32,000 bases of DNA from Methanobacteriaceae archaeon. GTDB lineage: Archaea > Methanobacteriota > Methanobacteria > Methanobacteriales > Methanobacteriaceae. Location: the NCBI GenBank assembly GCA_003558085.1, contig PWMT01000127.1, positions 670 to 32,669 on the forward strand, written 5' to 3'. The first letter of the stretch is position 1. Every line of letters begins with the position of its first letter. Below the pieces are notes generated by a model. It had not been told where the DNA came from and did no database searches. It saw only the letters and a program-made list of their open reading frames with translations. Position numbers and translations under genes: made by a program. Shown in pieces: positions 1 through 10,723 of this stretch.

Positions 1-82
1 TTTCCACGATACTAATTCCCATATGAGGGTCTGCTACCTTGGTTAACGATTCTTTAACTTTTTCAACTAATTCTTCTGACAT
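1..82 (-). CDS. DUF59/MIP18-family (Fe-S assembly-type) protein, first 27 codons only; gene continues beyond the left edge
   Basis: Not in the ORF track because it is truncated. Reverse-strand ATG at 82..80 opens MSEELVEKVKESLTKVADPHMGISIVE, which matches the V-x-DP-x-x-G-x-x-IV opening of DUF59 proteins. Confidence 0.45.
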   Translation of the reverse strand, partial: MSEELVEKVKESLTKVADPHMGISIVE

Positions 83-232
83 AATTGATTACCTCGTGAT
101 TAGTATTTAATACAGTCAATAATATACTGTTGTGGGTTAAATATAATAAAAAATTTAACTAAATTTAATTCTATTTTTTGTTTAAGAAGTGATTGATTAA
201 TGTCTATATAGGGATATTTAAAGTTTTGCAAA

Positions 233-1162
233 TTATTTTTTAATACGATGTCTGATACGTACAGCCACTCCCTTAGAAGCCCTTACCATTTCTTCACCAC
301 TCAGTATTGATTTTCCAACACCTACTACTTCTCCATTTCTTCGAATAATTACTTCATCTCGGGGAACAATATTTTCATCTGCATGAATCACTCCAGGAGA
401 AAAAAGAGTATTTGTTTTTAATTCGAAATCTATTTCCACAATTTTAATATCTTTTCCTGCTAAAAGTTTCCCTCCAGCTAGACTAATAGCAAATAATCCA
501 GTATCCATAAGGAGAGTGGCTAGCTGTTCATTTTCATGAAAAATTCTTTTATTATAACGGCCTTTAATCTGAATATCTGAGGGTATGAGCACCTCACCGT
601 CTTTACCAAACTGATACAATGCGATGGATCTTAAACCTTTAATCAATTTTTCTCTAGGAGATATTTTATCAAATTTTTTCACTTCTTGTTTTAGCTCATT
701 CATAGATGAAGGAGAAAGAGGCTTACCATCTTTACAAGTATATATAGCTTCATCTAAATATTCTTCACAAACTTTACGGTAAGCTCCAGTTACATGAGCT
801 ATTACTTTTTTATCTGTTACATAGTCTTTTAATAGTTCTCCCACCAGTCTCATTTCTTCATTAGACCAATCTCCAGTAGTGGTAACATCATAAGATTGTA
901 TAGGATAAGTATTCTCCATTTCCCTTGGGCAAATACCAAAAGGAGATGTTAGAATAACTTCTTGTATAGGTCGTGTGGCTTTTCTAAATATCTGGTGGGA
1001 TTTTGAATGTGAATAAGGTTTTTTCATACTACATGGAAGAATTACCAGTCCTTCACCTAATGGATTAAGTAATCTCATTCTTTTTCTCCACCTTAAAGCT
1101 TCAGGACGGTAGAGAGACTCTTCAGTAGAACATAATACTTTCATGTTTTTTCCTGCTATCAC
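233..1162 (-). CDS. arcS: archaeosine synthase ArcS-like protein, short form (DUF5591-type core plus C-terminal PUA domain)
   Basis: LPCSMKKPYSHSKSH fits the ArcS signature PC-X3-KPY-X2-S-X2-H. The C-terminal FSPGVIHADENIVPRDEVIIRRNGEVVGVGKSILSGEEM..GVAVRIRH looks like a PUA domain. An alternative start exists at the second Met (1144). Confidence 0.7.
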   Translation of the reverse strand: MIAGKNMKVLCSTEESLYRPEALRWRKRMRLLNPLGEGLVILPCSMKKPYSHSKSHQIFRKATRPIQEVILTSPFGICPREMENTYPIQSYDVTTTGDWSNEEMRLVGELLKDYVTDKKVIAHVTGAYRKVCEEYLDEAIYTCKDGKPLSPSSMNELKQEVKKFDKISPREKLIKGLRSIALYQFGKDGEVLIPSDIQIKGRYNKRIFHENEQLATLLMDTGLFAISLAGGKLLAGKDIKIVEIDFELKTNTLFSPGVIHADENIVPRDEVIIRRNGEVVGVGKSILSGEEMVRASKGVAVRIRHRIKK

Positions 1163-1432
1163 ATTTATTTGAGATAAATATCTTTTAAGATAAAATTCAT
1201 TATTGAATTAAAACTACTTTAATTTAATGAATAGCTTAGCCTAATGGAAAAATATTTAACAAAATTAGATAGGAGAAAACTAAAAAAAAAAACATAATTT
1301 AAAGCATATCATATTCAACTATTAGATAGGCATGTTTTCAGGGTTTAATATTTAATTAGGGGAATAATTGTAATTAATTTTAGCTGGGAACAATTATTTT
1401 GCACCTTAAACCCATTAATAAAAATAATAATT

Positions 1433-1960
1433 TTAATAGGAATTACTTGCTTTAGGGGAAATTATTAATTCTGCATGTAATTTTTTTAATCTATCTATAG
1501 ATGGATGTTTATTCCCTAAATGGGATTCCCATTTTCTGATTACCTCATCAATATCTACTTCTTGAGAGCCATGTAGTAAGTTGTCGGCATGTGCTACTAT
1601 CTTTTCTTCTAGAGTAAGTGGACGATAATCTTTTTCAGGTAGACCTAATTTAACTGCTTCTTCTGGGTTTATTCCTGCTCCAATATGCCTTTCAACGATA
1701 TTAACTACTTCCCGGGGAAAACCCATCTCCTTTAAAATCCGGGCTCCAATTATGGCGTGATCTAATCCATCACTTTTGCATCGGCCAATATCATGTAATA
1801 ATGCTCCAACCCTAATTAATTTTAAATCCACCTCAAAATTTTTAGCCAGATTAAGTGCTTTATGAGCTACTTGTATACTGTGATCGATTATCCAGGGAGG
1901 ACAATTTAAACTTTTTAAAAGAGAAATAGACTGATCTTTAGTAGGATATTTATAATTCAT
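1433..1960 (-). CDS. HD/HDIG-domain metal-dependent phosphohydrolase
   Basis: HD motif in GALLHDIGR. Downstream His/Asp residues occur in ERHIGAG and VAHADNL. The size (175 aa) is typical of stand-alone archaeal HDIG proteins. Confidence 0.75.
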   Translation of the reverse strand: MNYKYPTKDQSISLLKSLNCPPWIIDHSIQVAHKALNLAKNFEVDLKLIRVGALLHDIGRCKSDGLDHAIIGARILKEMGFPREVVNIVERHIGAGINPEEAVKLGLPEKDYRPLTLEEKIVAHADNLLHGSQEVDIDEVIRKWESHLGNKHPSIDRLKKLHAELIISPKASNSY

Positions 1961-2025
1961 GCTTTTAGCTTTGTTAATAAAAAAAAAGAGTCTAAAATAC
2001 TTATAACCTATAGGTTATATTAAGT

Positions 2026-2562
2026 TCAGGAGTTACTCTCAGCAGTTTGAAAATCAACTTCAAAACCATAACTTTCATAAATGTTGAGTTCTTCTTTAAT
2101 TTGCCTTATTACTGGAGTATTATCCATGTATTCCATTTCTCCATTACATTTGGGGCAAATAAATCCATTTTCAGATGCTTCTTCAAAACTACAGCGGTGG
2201 TCATTATTTTTACATGCAAAAAACATGTTATTCTCTTCATAGTCTAAAATATTTTTGAGTTCGGCTATTATTTCCTCATGGCGACGGTTAATCATATGTT
2301 TAACCCTACTTGGTTCAAATTTCCAAGTATAGGTATACCATTGGGTTTCAGGGTCTTTACTTCGTTTATAACTGGCAAGTCCGGCATCATAAAGTTTATA
2401 TAAAACTCTTCTTACAATATTTAATCTTATTTCAGTTGATTCTGCGATTTCTTCGTCAGTAACTTTTCCCTTAATTAAACATTCCACTATGGAAATAGAG
2501 GCCTCATCTTCCTCATCTATAACCTCATGAATTAATTCCAAGGCTAAAGGGTCATTAATCAT
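2026..2562 (-). CDS. tfe: transcription factor E (TFE alpha, TFIIE-alpha homolog)
   Basis: N-terminal winged helix ([34 protein letters not shown]), the conserved WYTYTWKF segment, and a zinc-ribbon region (FFAC..HRC ... CPKCNGEM). Confidence 0.85.
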   Translation of the reverse strand: MINDPLALELIHEVIDEEDEASISIVECLIKGKVTDEEIAESTEIRLNIVRRVLYKLYDAGLASYKRSKDPETQWYTYTWKFEPSRVKHMINRRHEEIIAELKNILDYEENNMFFACKNNDHRCSFEEASENGFICPKCNGEMEYMDNTPVIRQIKEELNIYESYGFEVDFQTAESNS

Positions 2563-2810
2563 TAAACTCCTCCACTAGTTAAAGGTATAGAAATCAGTAA
2601 TTATTCTAAACCAGTTAATGAGTTATTATTACACCATGAACATAATTAGCATACTATTAAAAACTTTTAAATAGAGAATTAGTTTAATTTATAATTATAA
2701 TTCAAAAGTGCAATTATTTTAATTTTACAAGTATATTATATGTAATTTATACTATTTAAATATTTTTTAAATTAATTATAATTATAATAGTCTTAAGGAT
2801 AAAAAGATTA

Positions 2811-3692
2811 CTAATAATTTTTTTTTATTATTACTGCCGGGGTATGAACCCTTGAATTGAGCATATCTACTTCAATTTCTGTTATATTTTTATTAAAAGT
2901 TTTTTGCATTTGATAAATTGTTTCTGGATTTTTTTCTATAGATTTTTGATATTTTTCTGCAATTGCGGATAATTCAAGCGCATAATCTATTTCTAAAGGA
3001 AAAGAGGACCCTAAAGGTGTTGGAAATTTTTTTTTACTTATTCTTCCTAATAAATAAGCTAAAATACCTAAATCAGATTTTATACCATCCATAGCATAAG
3101 GTAGGGAGGTAAATCTAAATTTACCTAATTTATAAGTAGCATCAGTATCAATGATCATTACAATAACCTTTTTATTACAACATGTTTTGATTTGTCGGGA
3201 TATATCTAAGGCTATTTCTGGGGGATTTTCTGGTAAAAGAGAAACTAATGAACCAGGAACGTTACTAAGATCTATTCCTGCCTCTGAAGCAGGTTTTAAA
3301 GCATGCTTAATTCCATAATGCTGAAGAACAACTTCTTTATGTGCTCTGGCCTCCGGGGGAAGTTTTCTTAAATTTTTAATAGTTCTAGGCTTTATTTTTA
3401 ATATGGGGCCTAAAATATATCCCCAAATATATTTAGACCATATTTCTGCCAGTAAAATAGCTGTTAAAGATGGTTTAAATTTAGATTCATCTATTAAACG
3501 TTTTTGAGAAATAGAAACTGGAGTTTCGGCTAAAATTAAATAATCACCATCATCTAAATAAGGACTTGAATTTTGGATAAGCATATCCAAACTATCCCCT
3601 GGTTTGATATAAGTAGTTTCCACTGGTATAACTTGATAATCTTTGATGATTACAGGTTCTCTCTTGTTAAAAGATTTTTTTGAACTTTCCAT
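2811..3692 (-). CDS. CofE / F420-0:gamma-glutamyl ligase-fold paralog, function unknown
   Basis: YIKPGDSLDMLI..LDDGDYLILAETPVSISQKRL resembles the CofE N-terminal pattern (kpGDDL...l.dGDivvvs.kivskaeGr). A later MIIDTDATYKLGKF resembles the CofE iisDt.gr.fr.G segment. Judged by eye only. Confidence 0.4.
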   Translation of the reverse strand: MESSKKSFNKREPVIIKDYQVIPVETTYIKPGDSLDMLIQNSSPYLDDGDYLILAETPVSISQKRLIDESKFKPSLTAILLAEIWSKYIWGYILGPILKIKPRTIKNLRKLPPEARAHKEVVLQHYGIKHALKPASEAGIDLSNVPGSLVSLLPENPPEIALDISRQIKTCCNKKVIVMIIDTDATYKLGKFRFTSLPYAMDGIKSDLGILAYLLGRISKKKFPTPLGSSFPLEIDYALELSAIAEKYQKSIEKNPETIYQMQKTFNKNITEIEVDMLNSRVHTPAVIIKKNY

Positions 3693-3784
3693 TCCTACAC
3701 CAGCTTTACTATAAATTTAAAATTAAATTTAAATAAAATTAGATAATAAACCATAAAAATAAATAAGTATAATAGTAGTAATAA

Positions 3785-4480
3785 TTATTTTTCTCTTTTT
3801 ATAGGCGGTGCCCAAACTTTAAGATCTATGCCTTCAATTAAGGCTTTTTTTCCTTCCAGTTGAACCACTACTCCAGAGTGGACTTTCTGCATCATACAAT
3901 GTTTAGGTAGAAACCGAACCGTTTCCCCTACATTAGGCAGCTGACCTTCTATTATTCCTTCAAAACCCCCCACCATACATAAACCTATTTCTTTGAATTG
4001 AAATTCTTCTGAATCATCTGATAAACGATGGCAAGGTCCTACCATATGAACCGTTATCAAACCATGTTCTTCATCTATTATTTTTCCAAAATGAGTTATA
4101 GGGCACCCTAGAGGACGATAGCGGATTATATCCTCTTTTTTAAGTTTTTCTCGAGTAAAGGGGTATAAAATTTCACGACATGAACTTTCTTTAGGTAAGG
4201 GCTTTAAAATGAAATCTGCTTCATAGCCATCTAGCAAACCAATTACTGGTTTTTCTTCTAAGATTATATTCTCACTTTTTAGAACATTTCTCATTTGTTC
4301 TAAATTTTCTTTAAATAGTTCCTGATAGAGGAAACTACATTTATCTAATGTGGTATGTTTTTTTAAAAGTGCTCCTGCAAATTCTTCACAACGTGCGTAA
4401 CCACATATGCCGCAATTATATCCTGGAAGTAAATTCTCTAGTTCTTCCTTAGATGTGTTAGATTTAGTTTTCTTGGTCAT
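3785..4480 (-). CDS. Cys-rich Fe-S protein with an RnfB/CdhE-type N-terminal [4Fe-4S] motif, function unknown
   Basis: [31 protein letters not shown] matches the CX2CX4C..C 'putative Fe-S cluster' domain. Further Cys/His clusters: [20 protein letters not shown]. The preferred start is ATG 4480, with GAGGAT 6 nt upstream. The ORF-track TTG at 4507 adds 9 codons. Confidence 0.5.
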   Translation of the reverse strand: MTKKTKSNTSKEELENLLPGYNCGICGYARCEEFAGALLKKHTTLDKCSFLYQELFKENLEQMRNVLKSENIILEEKPVIGLLDGYEADFILKPLPKESSCREILYPFTREKLKKEDIIRYRPLGCPITHFGKIIDEEHGLITVHMVGPCHRLSDDSEEFQFKEIGLCMVGGFEGIIEGQLPNVGETVRFLPKHCMMQKVHSGVVVQLEGKKALIEGIDLKVWAPPIKREK

Positions 4481-4526
4481 CCATGAATCCTCATTGGAGA
4501 AAATCAAAATTTAAAAAAGGACTACT

Positions 4527-5225
4527 TTATTCGCCCTCATAACTTTCAAAACCATCAATTCTTCTTAATATTCCTCGGTGATGTTTTTTATTCACTTTAG
4601 TTTCACCTACACATAAGGTGCAAACTGCTAGTGGGGCAGAATGACGAAGTTTTTCTTCTTCAGACACTTCTTTAGTATTTATCATTTCTTCTGCTAGTTC
4701 TACACAACCTTGTCCGCTGAGACCATTGGCTTCAATAATTTTAGCTTTAGGATTTACTTCTAGTATTTTTTCTCGAAATATTTCTCTTTCTGCCTGGGAA
4801 ATCATATCCCCTTTAGTAATCACTGCAATGTCAGCGGTGGAGAGAAAAGGGCCGACTTTAAGTGGAGTGTTAGGTCCGCTGGTGGCATCTATAACACATA
4901 CTCCCAAGCTATTTTTGGTATAAGGAGCGCAGCGGTGACATAACCCAGCAGTTTCCACGATTAAATAATCTGAATCATTTTCTTGAGCCCAGCTAAGCAT
5001 ATCTTCCACATTATATATAGCGTAATGATCAGGGCACATATCCATAGAAAGCCCTATTTTAACTGGTACCCCTATTTTAGCAAATTTCTGATCATCGTCT
5101 GTATATAAACAATCTATTTTAACCACTGATGATTTCAGATTTTTGGTTTTTAAACTTTTGAGGGCATGTATAAGCACTGCTGTTTTTCCTGAGCCAGGAG
5201 TTCCAGCAACGATTATCATTTTCAT
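4527..5225 (-). CDS. G3E-family P-loop NTPase (HypB/UreG/CobW-like putative metallochaperone)
   Basis: Walker [21 protein letters not shown] resembles the HypB segment ENVGNLVCP. TKGD stands in place of NKxD. An additional CPDH motif is present. Confidence 0.6.
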   Translation of the reverse strand: MKMIIVAGTPGSGKTAVLIHALKSLKTKNLKSSVVKIDCLYTDDDQKFAKIGVPVKIGLSMDMCPDHYAIYNVEDMLSWAQENDSDYLIVETAGLCHRCAPYTKNSLGVCVIDATSGPNTPLKVGPFLSTADIAVITKGDMISQAEREIFREKILEVNPKAKIIEANGLSGQGCVELAEEMINTKEVSEEEKLRHSAPLAVCTLCVGETKVNKKHHRGILRRIDGFESYEGE

Positions 5226-5343
5226 AGTTTCACTTCTCCCATTACTTGGAAATTAGATAATAATAATTACTATTAATATAGTTTGCTTAAATGATAAAGT
5301 TAAGTAAAGAAAAAATAAACTAGAAAATATAATATTTAAATAT

Positions 5344-6114
5344 TTATATATCATCAACACTGATATCGTTAACTAATTCGCCTCTGCGAACTTTTTCCCG
5401 TAAGTTTAACATTAATTCATCTATTTTATTCAGTTTTTGGGATATGGTTTTTTCATGAAGGCTAGTTGTAACCACCTTATCCATACCCCCATTTTTCATC
5501 ACTATGCGCTTGTCAGTCATCAAAGCCAGTACCGGATCGTGGGTTACAACCATAACAATTTTACCATGACCGGAAAGTACCTGTAATGCATCGTGCTTTC
5601 TAATCCCTGCATTTTCAATCTCATCTATAAGCACTATGGGTGAATCACTAATGATAGCTACATCTGCCACCATTAAAGCTCTAGATTGTCCTCCTGATAA
5701 TATAGTAAGTTCATGTTCTTTTTTTATAGGTTCACCAGTCAGACTATTGGCTAATTCGATGACTTTATCCACACAAGTATCCTTAACTCCTCTACATTTG
5801 GCATGAAGGGTTAAAAATTCTCCTACGCCCATATCTGCTAAAAAATTCATGTTTTGTGATAACTGGGCTACCATTTTTTTGCGGGGATTGGTTCTATCAT
5901 CATAGCTTGGTTCCTTTCCATTAACCAATATTTTTCTTTTAGAAAAAGTATCTTCTTGAGCCAACTGTTCAATATCACCAATTAATGAACTTTTACCACT
6001 ACCTGTGGGTCCTACCACTCCAAATATTTCTTCTCTATGAATAACTACTTCTTCTACAGCTTCTTTATTTCCCTTTTTATCATAACCGCCGAGAATAGTA
6101 ATATTTTCTATCAT
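5344..6114 (-). CDS. soluble single-domain ABC-type ATPase with no transporter partner in the operon
   Basis: Walker A GPTGSGKS, signature LSGGQSRAL, atypical Walker B/D-loop [11 protein letters not shown]-loop VTHD. Its ATG (6114..6112) shares nt 6114 with the comA stop codon. Confidence 0.7.
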   Translation of the reverse strand: MIENITILGGYDKKGNKEAVEEVVIHREEIFGVVGPTGSGKSSLIGDIEQLAQEDTFSKRKILVNGKEPSYDDRTNPRKKMVAQLSQNMNFLADMGVGEFLTLHAKCRGVKDTCVDKVIELANSLTGEPIKKEHELTILSGGQSRALMVADVAIISDSPIVLIDEIENAGIRKHDALQVLSGHGKIVMVVTHDPVLALMTDKRIVMKNGGMDKVVTTSLHEKTISQKLNKIDELMLNLREKVRRGELVNDISVDDI

Positions 6115-6890
6115 TAAAGTTTCACCTTTCCTAAAGTATCTCCTCGAAGCCCTAATCTAAGGGTCTCCAGAGCAGTGATTTCTTCTGGAGCGATATTACC
6201 TAGATTCACATTTGGCCCAATTTTTAGCACAAAATAAACTTGCTGACTTTTTTGGGGAGCTTCCCAGATTAATTTATTTACATCAACTTTTTCCATTAAA
6301 TAATTAGCTTCATCCCCTTTTACAGCACCCTTTTCATCATAAATTCCTATATTCTTACCACTTTCCCGGGCTTCTATCAGTACCTTATCTGCTCCTGCAT
6401 CTAAATCCATTTTTATTAACCGTATTCTATCTTCAAGTGATATTTTAAAATCTTCAGACGGATCTTTTTTCCCCACTTCTGATATTACTTTAAAACCTCT
6501 CTCTTTTGTTTCTAAGATGATTTTAGACTTTTCATTTGGATTAATTTTGGTGGAACCATCTGAAATCTCTAAGGTATTAAAGCCAAGTTTTTCTGCTTCT
6601 GCTAAATATTCATGGAACATATTCTTAAGATAGGCAATTTCAAATAGAGTTCCTCCAGGATAAGGATCTACCTCATAACTCTGATACATTTCAATTTTTT
6701 CTTTGATCAATTCTTGATTATGGATGGCTATGGTTCCCCACCCAAATTTCATGAAATCTACATATTTTCCAGAAATTTCCATCAGGTCTTCGGCGCTCTT
6801 TAATCCCATACCTTTATCTAAAACCATGGTGATTCCTTTTTCTCTAGGCTTTTTAATCCTTGGGGGTGCTAGAAAACTAAAAGCATTCAT
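6114..6890 (-). CDS. comA: (2R)-phospho-3-sulfolactate synthase (coenzyme M biosynthesis)
   Basis: Full-length similarity by eye to the ComA family: [41 protein letters not shown]. Confidence 0.85.
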   Translation of the reverse strand: MNAFSFLAPPRIKKPREKGITMVLDKGMGLKSAEDLMEISGKYVDFMKFGWGTIAIHNQELIKEKIEMYQSYEVDPYPGGTLFEIAYLKNMFHEYLAEAEKLGFNTLEISDGSTKINPNEKSKIILETKERGFKVISEVGKKDPSEDFKISLEDRIRLIKMDLDAGADKVLIEARESGKNIGIYDEKGAVKGDEANYLMEKVDVNKLIWEAPQKSQQVYFVLKIGPNVNLGNIAPEEITALETLRLGLRGDTLGKVKL

Positions 6891-7212
6891 TTTTGTTCAC
6901 CATTGAAAATAAAATAAGATTTCAACTTATCATGAATCATTAATTAAATTTGCATTACTATATGCATTACTAACCTAAATAATATTAATGATATTATTAT
7001 TCATTATTTAATTTTTTTAGCATGGGGGTTCTCATGATCAGATTATGCTTTAATAAATCCTAAAAATATGGTTTAATATATTTACTAAATTTTATAAGTT
7101 CTAAGTATGTATTTAATTAATTAAGAGATATTTTTATTAAGTTCTTATTATCAATAAGACGTTTTGATTAAATATTATAACTAATTTACCTAAAAATAAG
7201 GTTGGTGATAAG

Positions 7213-7776
7213 ATGGAAAAAACGATCTATTATTTCGAAAAACCTGGTGAACATAACAGCGATAAATTAATTGAATTAGTTAAAGCTAGGAAAGAAGATT
7301 TGGACATAAAAAATATTATTGTTGCTTCAGTTTCAGGAAGAACTACTTTAAAGGTAGCAGAAAGCATAGAGGATTCCTCTATAGTGAGCATCACTCATCA
7401 TGCTGGATTCCGTGAAAAGGGAAAATTAGAATTAGACCCTGAATTACAGGAAAAAATAATTAAATTGGGTATACCTATTTATACCAGCTCTCATGCTTTG
7501 AGTGGTGTAGGAAGGGGAATATCTAATAAGTTTGGAGGAGTTACACCGGTGGAAATAATGGCTGAAACCTTGAGGATGATATCTCAAGGGGTTAAAGTAT
7601 GTGTGGAGATTACCATCATGGCTGCAGATGCCGGCCTCATACCTATGGATCAAGAGGTAATAGCTATTGGTGGAACTGCCTGGGGAGCAGATACTGGTGT
7701 GATACTTACCCCAGCGCACATGAAAAACATCTTCGAGATGAGGATACATGAAATAATTGCCATGCCCAGACCGTAA
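7213..7776 (+). CDS. pyruvate-kinase C-terminal (alpha/beta) domain-like protein, function unknown
   Basis: 187-aa protein beginning [12 protein letters not shown] with the ..SGRTT.. and [11 protein letters not shown] segments typical of stand-alone archaeal PK_C-like proteins. SD GGTGAT lies 3 nt before the ATG. Confidence 0.55.
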   Translation: MEKTIYYFEKPGEHNSDKLIELVKARKEDLDIKNIIVASVSGRTTLKVAESIEDSSIVSITHHAGFREKGKLELDPELQEKIIKLGIPIYTSSHALSGVGRGISNKFGGVTPVEIMAETLRMISQGVKVCVEITIMAADAGLIPMDQEVIAIGGTAWGADTGVILTPAHMKNIFEMRIHEIIAMPRP

Positions 7777-7922
7777 ACCAATAAAATTTTTATCTATTAA
7801 TTTTTGGTTCAAATGCACCTTTTCAAAATTCTATAACTTAGAGGTGACATTCAAAATTTGATTATAACCTCAAGGATTAGAAATGATGTCGAGCCAAGCA
7901 AATTATTTCCAATTAACCGTTG

Positions 7923-7935
7923 CTTTTAAATATTA
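7923..7935 (+). promoter_or_regulatory. candidate TATA box for ftsZ
   Basis: CTTTTAAATATTA lies 45-57 nt upstream of the ftsZ GTG start. The archaeal TATA consensus is TTTAWATA. Confidence 0.3.
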
Positions 7936-7979
7936 GTTAGTGCCATAACACATTCCATAGAATGATGTGGGGGTAGTAA

Positions 7980-9116
7980 GTGAAATTCATAAACGATGCC
8001 ATAAAGGAATCTGAAAGAAAAATAGATAGGCAACATCCCAAGCAGGTGAACACTGAAATTGACGAAGACCTAAGAGGGATTATTGAACAAAGTAGGGCTA
8101 AAATATGTGTAGTTGGAAGTGGAGGAGCAGGTAACAACACCATATCCCGTCTAACTGAGATAGGAATTGAAGGTGCTGAAACTCTCGCCATAAATACAGA
8201 TGCCCAGGACTTGTTCTATAGCGAATCATCCCAGAAGCTTCTTATTGGAAGACAGACTTGTGGGGGTTTAGGTGCCGGTGGTGTTCCTGATGTGGGAGAA
8301 GATTGTGCCGAAGAAAGTGAAGACGATATTCGGAATATGTTAGATGGTGCGGATATGGTCTTTGTAACCTGTGGTTTAGGAGGCGGTACAGGTACTGGCT
8401 CAGCACCAGTAATATCTAAACTGGCTAAAAAAGCTGGAGCATTAACTATAGCTGTAGCTACAATGCCTTTTAGCGCTGAAGGACTAAGAAGAAGAGAAAA
8501 TGCTGAAAAAGGTTTAGAAAAACTTCAAAGTGCTGCAGATACAGTAATTGTTATACCTAATGACAAATTGTTAGAGGTGGCTCCTAATTTACCTCTTAAT
8601 AAGTCATTTATGGTGGCAGATGAACTATTAGGACGCGCAGTTAAAGGTATAACTGAACTTATAACCCGCCCAGGCCTGGTTAGTTTAGACTTCGCTGATA
8701 TAAGAAGCATTATGAAAGGCTCAGGCATGGCCATGATCGGTATGGGTGAATCTGAATCTGGGGACAGAGCTTTAGAATCTGTTCATGAGGCATTAAATAG
8801 TCCACTTCTTGATTTGGATATTTCTAATGCTCAAGGGGCTTTGATTAATATTTCAGGAAGTTCTGATCTGACTTTACAGGAATCAGAGAAAATTGTGCAG
8901 ATAGTAGCTGATGAATTAGATCCAGATGCTAATATAATATGGGGCGCTCAAATCCAAGAAGATCTACAAAATGTAATCCGGACTACCATAGTAGTAGCTG
9001 GTGTTAAATCTCCCCATATTTTTGGTAGCCCAGCAGAAAGAGAATTCGCTGAAGAGAGAAAAAGAGAACCTGTAAGTGAATCTGCATTAGAAGAATTCAT
9101 AGACGGTGTTTTCTAA
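7980..9116 (+). CDS. ftsZ: cell division protein FtsZ
   Basis: GSGGAGNN and the tubulin signature [16 protein letters not shown] start; no in-frame ATG nearby. Confidence 0.95.
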   Translation: MKFINDAIKESERKIDRQHPKQVNTEIDEDLRGIIEQSRAKICVVGSGGAGNNTISRLTEIGIEGAETLAINTDAQDLFYSESSQKLLIGRQTCGGLGAGGVPDVGEDCAEESEDDIRNMLDGADMVFVTCGLGGGTGTGSAPVISKLAKKAGALTIAVATMPFSAEGLRRRENAEKGLEKLQSAADTVIVIPNDKLLEVAPNLPLNKSFMVADELLGRAVKGITELITRPGLVSLDFADIRSIMKGSGMAMIGMGESESGDRALESVHEALNSPLLDLDISNAQGALINISGSSDLTLQESEKIVQIVADELDPDANIIWGAQIQEDLQNVIRTTIVVAGVKSPHIFGSPAEREFAEERKREPVSESALEEFIDGVF

Positions 9117-9307
9117 TAAATAAATTTATACTACAGGATCAATTATACTCTATTTAACGTCATCTTCAAATAGGCTATGAATCTAATTAATTAGTTATTA
9201 CCATCTTTTTTTACGTTCCTTTGCTTAAAATATCGCCTGCGAACTTTTTTTTATAATTATGGTAAAGCATAAAAAGATATAAATACTATTGATATTGAGT
9301 CTACACA

Positions 9308-10723
9308 ATGCTGAAATCACAAGTAATCAGATGTAAAATTTCCCAGGGCTTTGCTCAATTAGCTAAATATTTAGTTAAACTTGGTAAAGGGATGGGTACT
9401 AGTTTTCCAGGATATTTATATTTAAAGCTAGGAGATTATCATTGCTTGAGAAAATTGGCCCAGGAAACTACCATCGGAAACATAATCTTTACCGGGACAA
9501 ATGGGAAAACAACCACCACTAAAATGGCATGTATGTTATTATCAAAGGATACTCTTACTTCATGTACTTTTGATAGTAATACTTTAAATGCGATTGCAAC
9601 TGGACTTTTATCTCCTAGTGAACTGGGTTTATTTGAATATGGAATTAGAGATACCAGAAACTCATTCCCAGATCTGGTTTGTGAACTTATAGATCCTATT
9701 GGTGTAGTGTATACTACTATTTCCAGGGAACATACCCTGGTGGCAGGTAGGAAAAATCCTTTTGAAAAATATTTCAAGGCAAAGGAACTTTTATCTGCTC
9801 CCATGAAAAGAGGAATAGTGGTTTGTAATGCTGATGATCCAAGAACAGCATATATAGGTAGAAAAAAAGAATCCGATACCTTAGTAACCTATTATGGATT
9901 AGAAGCGGATTTTTTAGACAAAGATCCTTTAACTGCAAATATTTCTTGCCCCCATTGTAACATTGATTTGAATTATCAGAAAAGGTACTTCAATCACCGA
10001 GGATTATATAACTGCAAATGCGGTTTCTCTAGGCCAAAACCACAGGTTAAAATAAGTAGTATAACTCAAAAGCATCAAAAATGGGAAATAGAAATTAAAG
10101 GCAAAACTTATAATTATCCCTCCCAAAAAAATGTATCCCTAAACCTTGTAGTGGAAATCCCAATTTTAGGGCTGCATAATCTTTATAATTTACTTTGTGC
10201 TGTTGCAACTTATCTATCTTTTACCCCTAATCCGGCAAAAATCAAAGAAACAATTTTGGAAACTTGCTCCCAACTAGATAATTTTGAACTGCCTCCTGGA
10301 AGATTTGAGATTTTCCAATTTAAAGATAAAATGATTGGAATGGGCCAGGGAGATAATGGAGATGCATTAAAAGCAAATATTCAACTTTTTTCAGGAAAAG
10401 AAGAGGTTTTAGTCTATCTGACTCCAGATGAGGGTGAAGATCTCATATTCCAGGATCATCTAAATGTAATCAACTCATCCACTTTCAAAAAAATACATGT
10501 ATTTCCAGGCAGAGAATCAGTTTCAGCAGCTGAAAAATATTACAATACCCTAAAAGAATCCTTCGAAGCTGAATTTCATCCCATATCTAATAGAAATATA
10601 AAGCAAAAAATCAATGAAATTATTGATATAACAACCCAATCCCCATCCCAATTTTTAGTTGTTTCTGGCTGCGGACCTGAACATTTACTGTGGGATAAAT
10701 TAAAATCACGTTTTAAGTCATAG
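9308..10723 (+). CDS. MurT-like Mur ligase family protein (candidate pseudomurein peptide ligase/amidotransferase subunit)
   Basis: P-loop TGTNGKTTTT preceded by FPGYLYLKL..LRKLA. Cys4 ribbon CPHCNIDLNYQKRYFNHRGLYNCKCGFSRP is collinear with the MurT ribbon CPxCG..L.Y....Y...G.Y.C.CGF.R. Confidence 0.75.
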   Translation: MLKSQVIRCKISQGFAQLAKYLVKLGKGMGTSFPGYLYLKLGDYHCLRKLAQETTIGNIIFTGTNGKTTTTKMACMLLSKDTLTSCTFDSNTLNAIATGLLSPSELGLFEYGIRDTRNSFPDLVCELIDPIGVVYTTISREHTLVAGRKNPFEKYFKAKELLSAPMKRGIVVCNADDPRTAYIGRKKESDTLVTYYGLEADFLDKDPLTANISCPHCNIDLNYQKRYFNHRGLYNCKCGFSRPKPQVKISSITQKHQKWEIEIKGKTYNYPSQKNVSLNLVVEIPILGLHNLYNLLCAVATYLSFTPNPAKIKETILETCSQLDNFELPPGRFEIFQFKDKMIGMGQGDNGDALKANIQLFSGKEEVLVYLTPDEGEDLIFQDHLNVINSSTFKKIHVFPGRESVSAAEKYYNTLKESFEAEFHPISNRNIKQKINEIIDITTQSPSQFLVVSGCGPEHLLWDKLKSRFKS

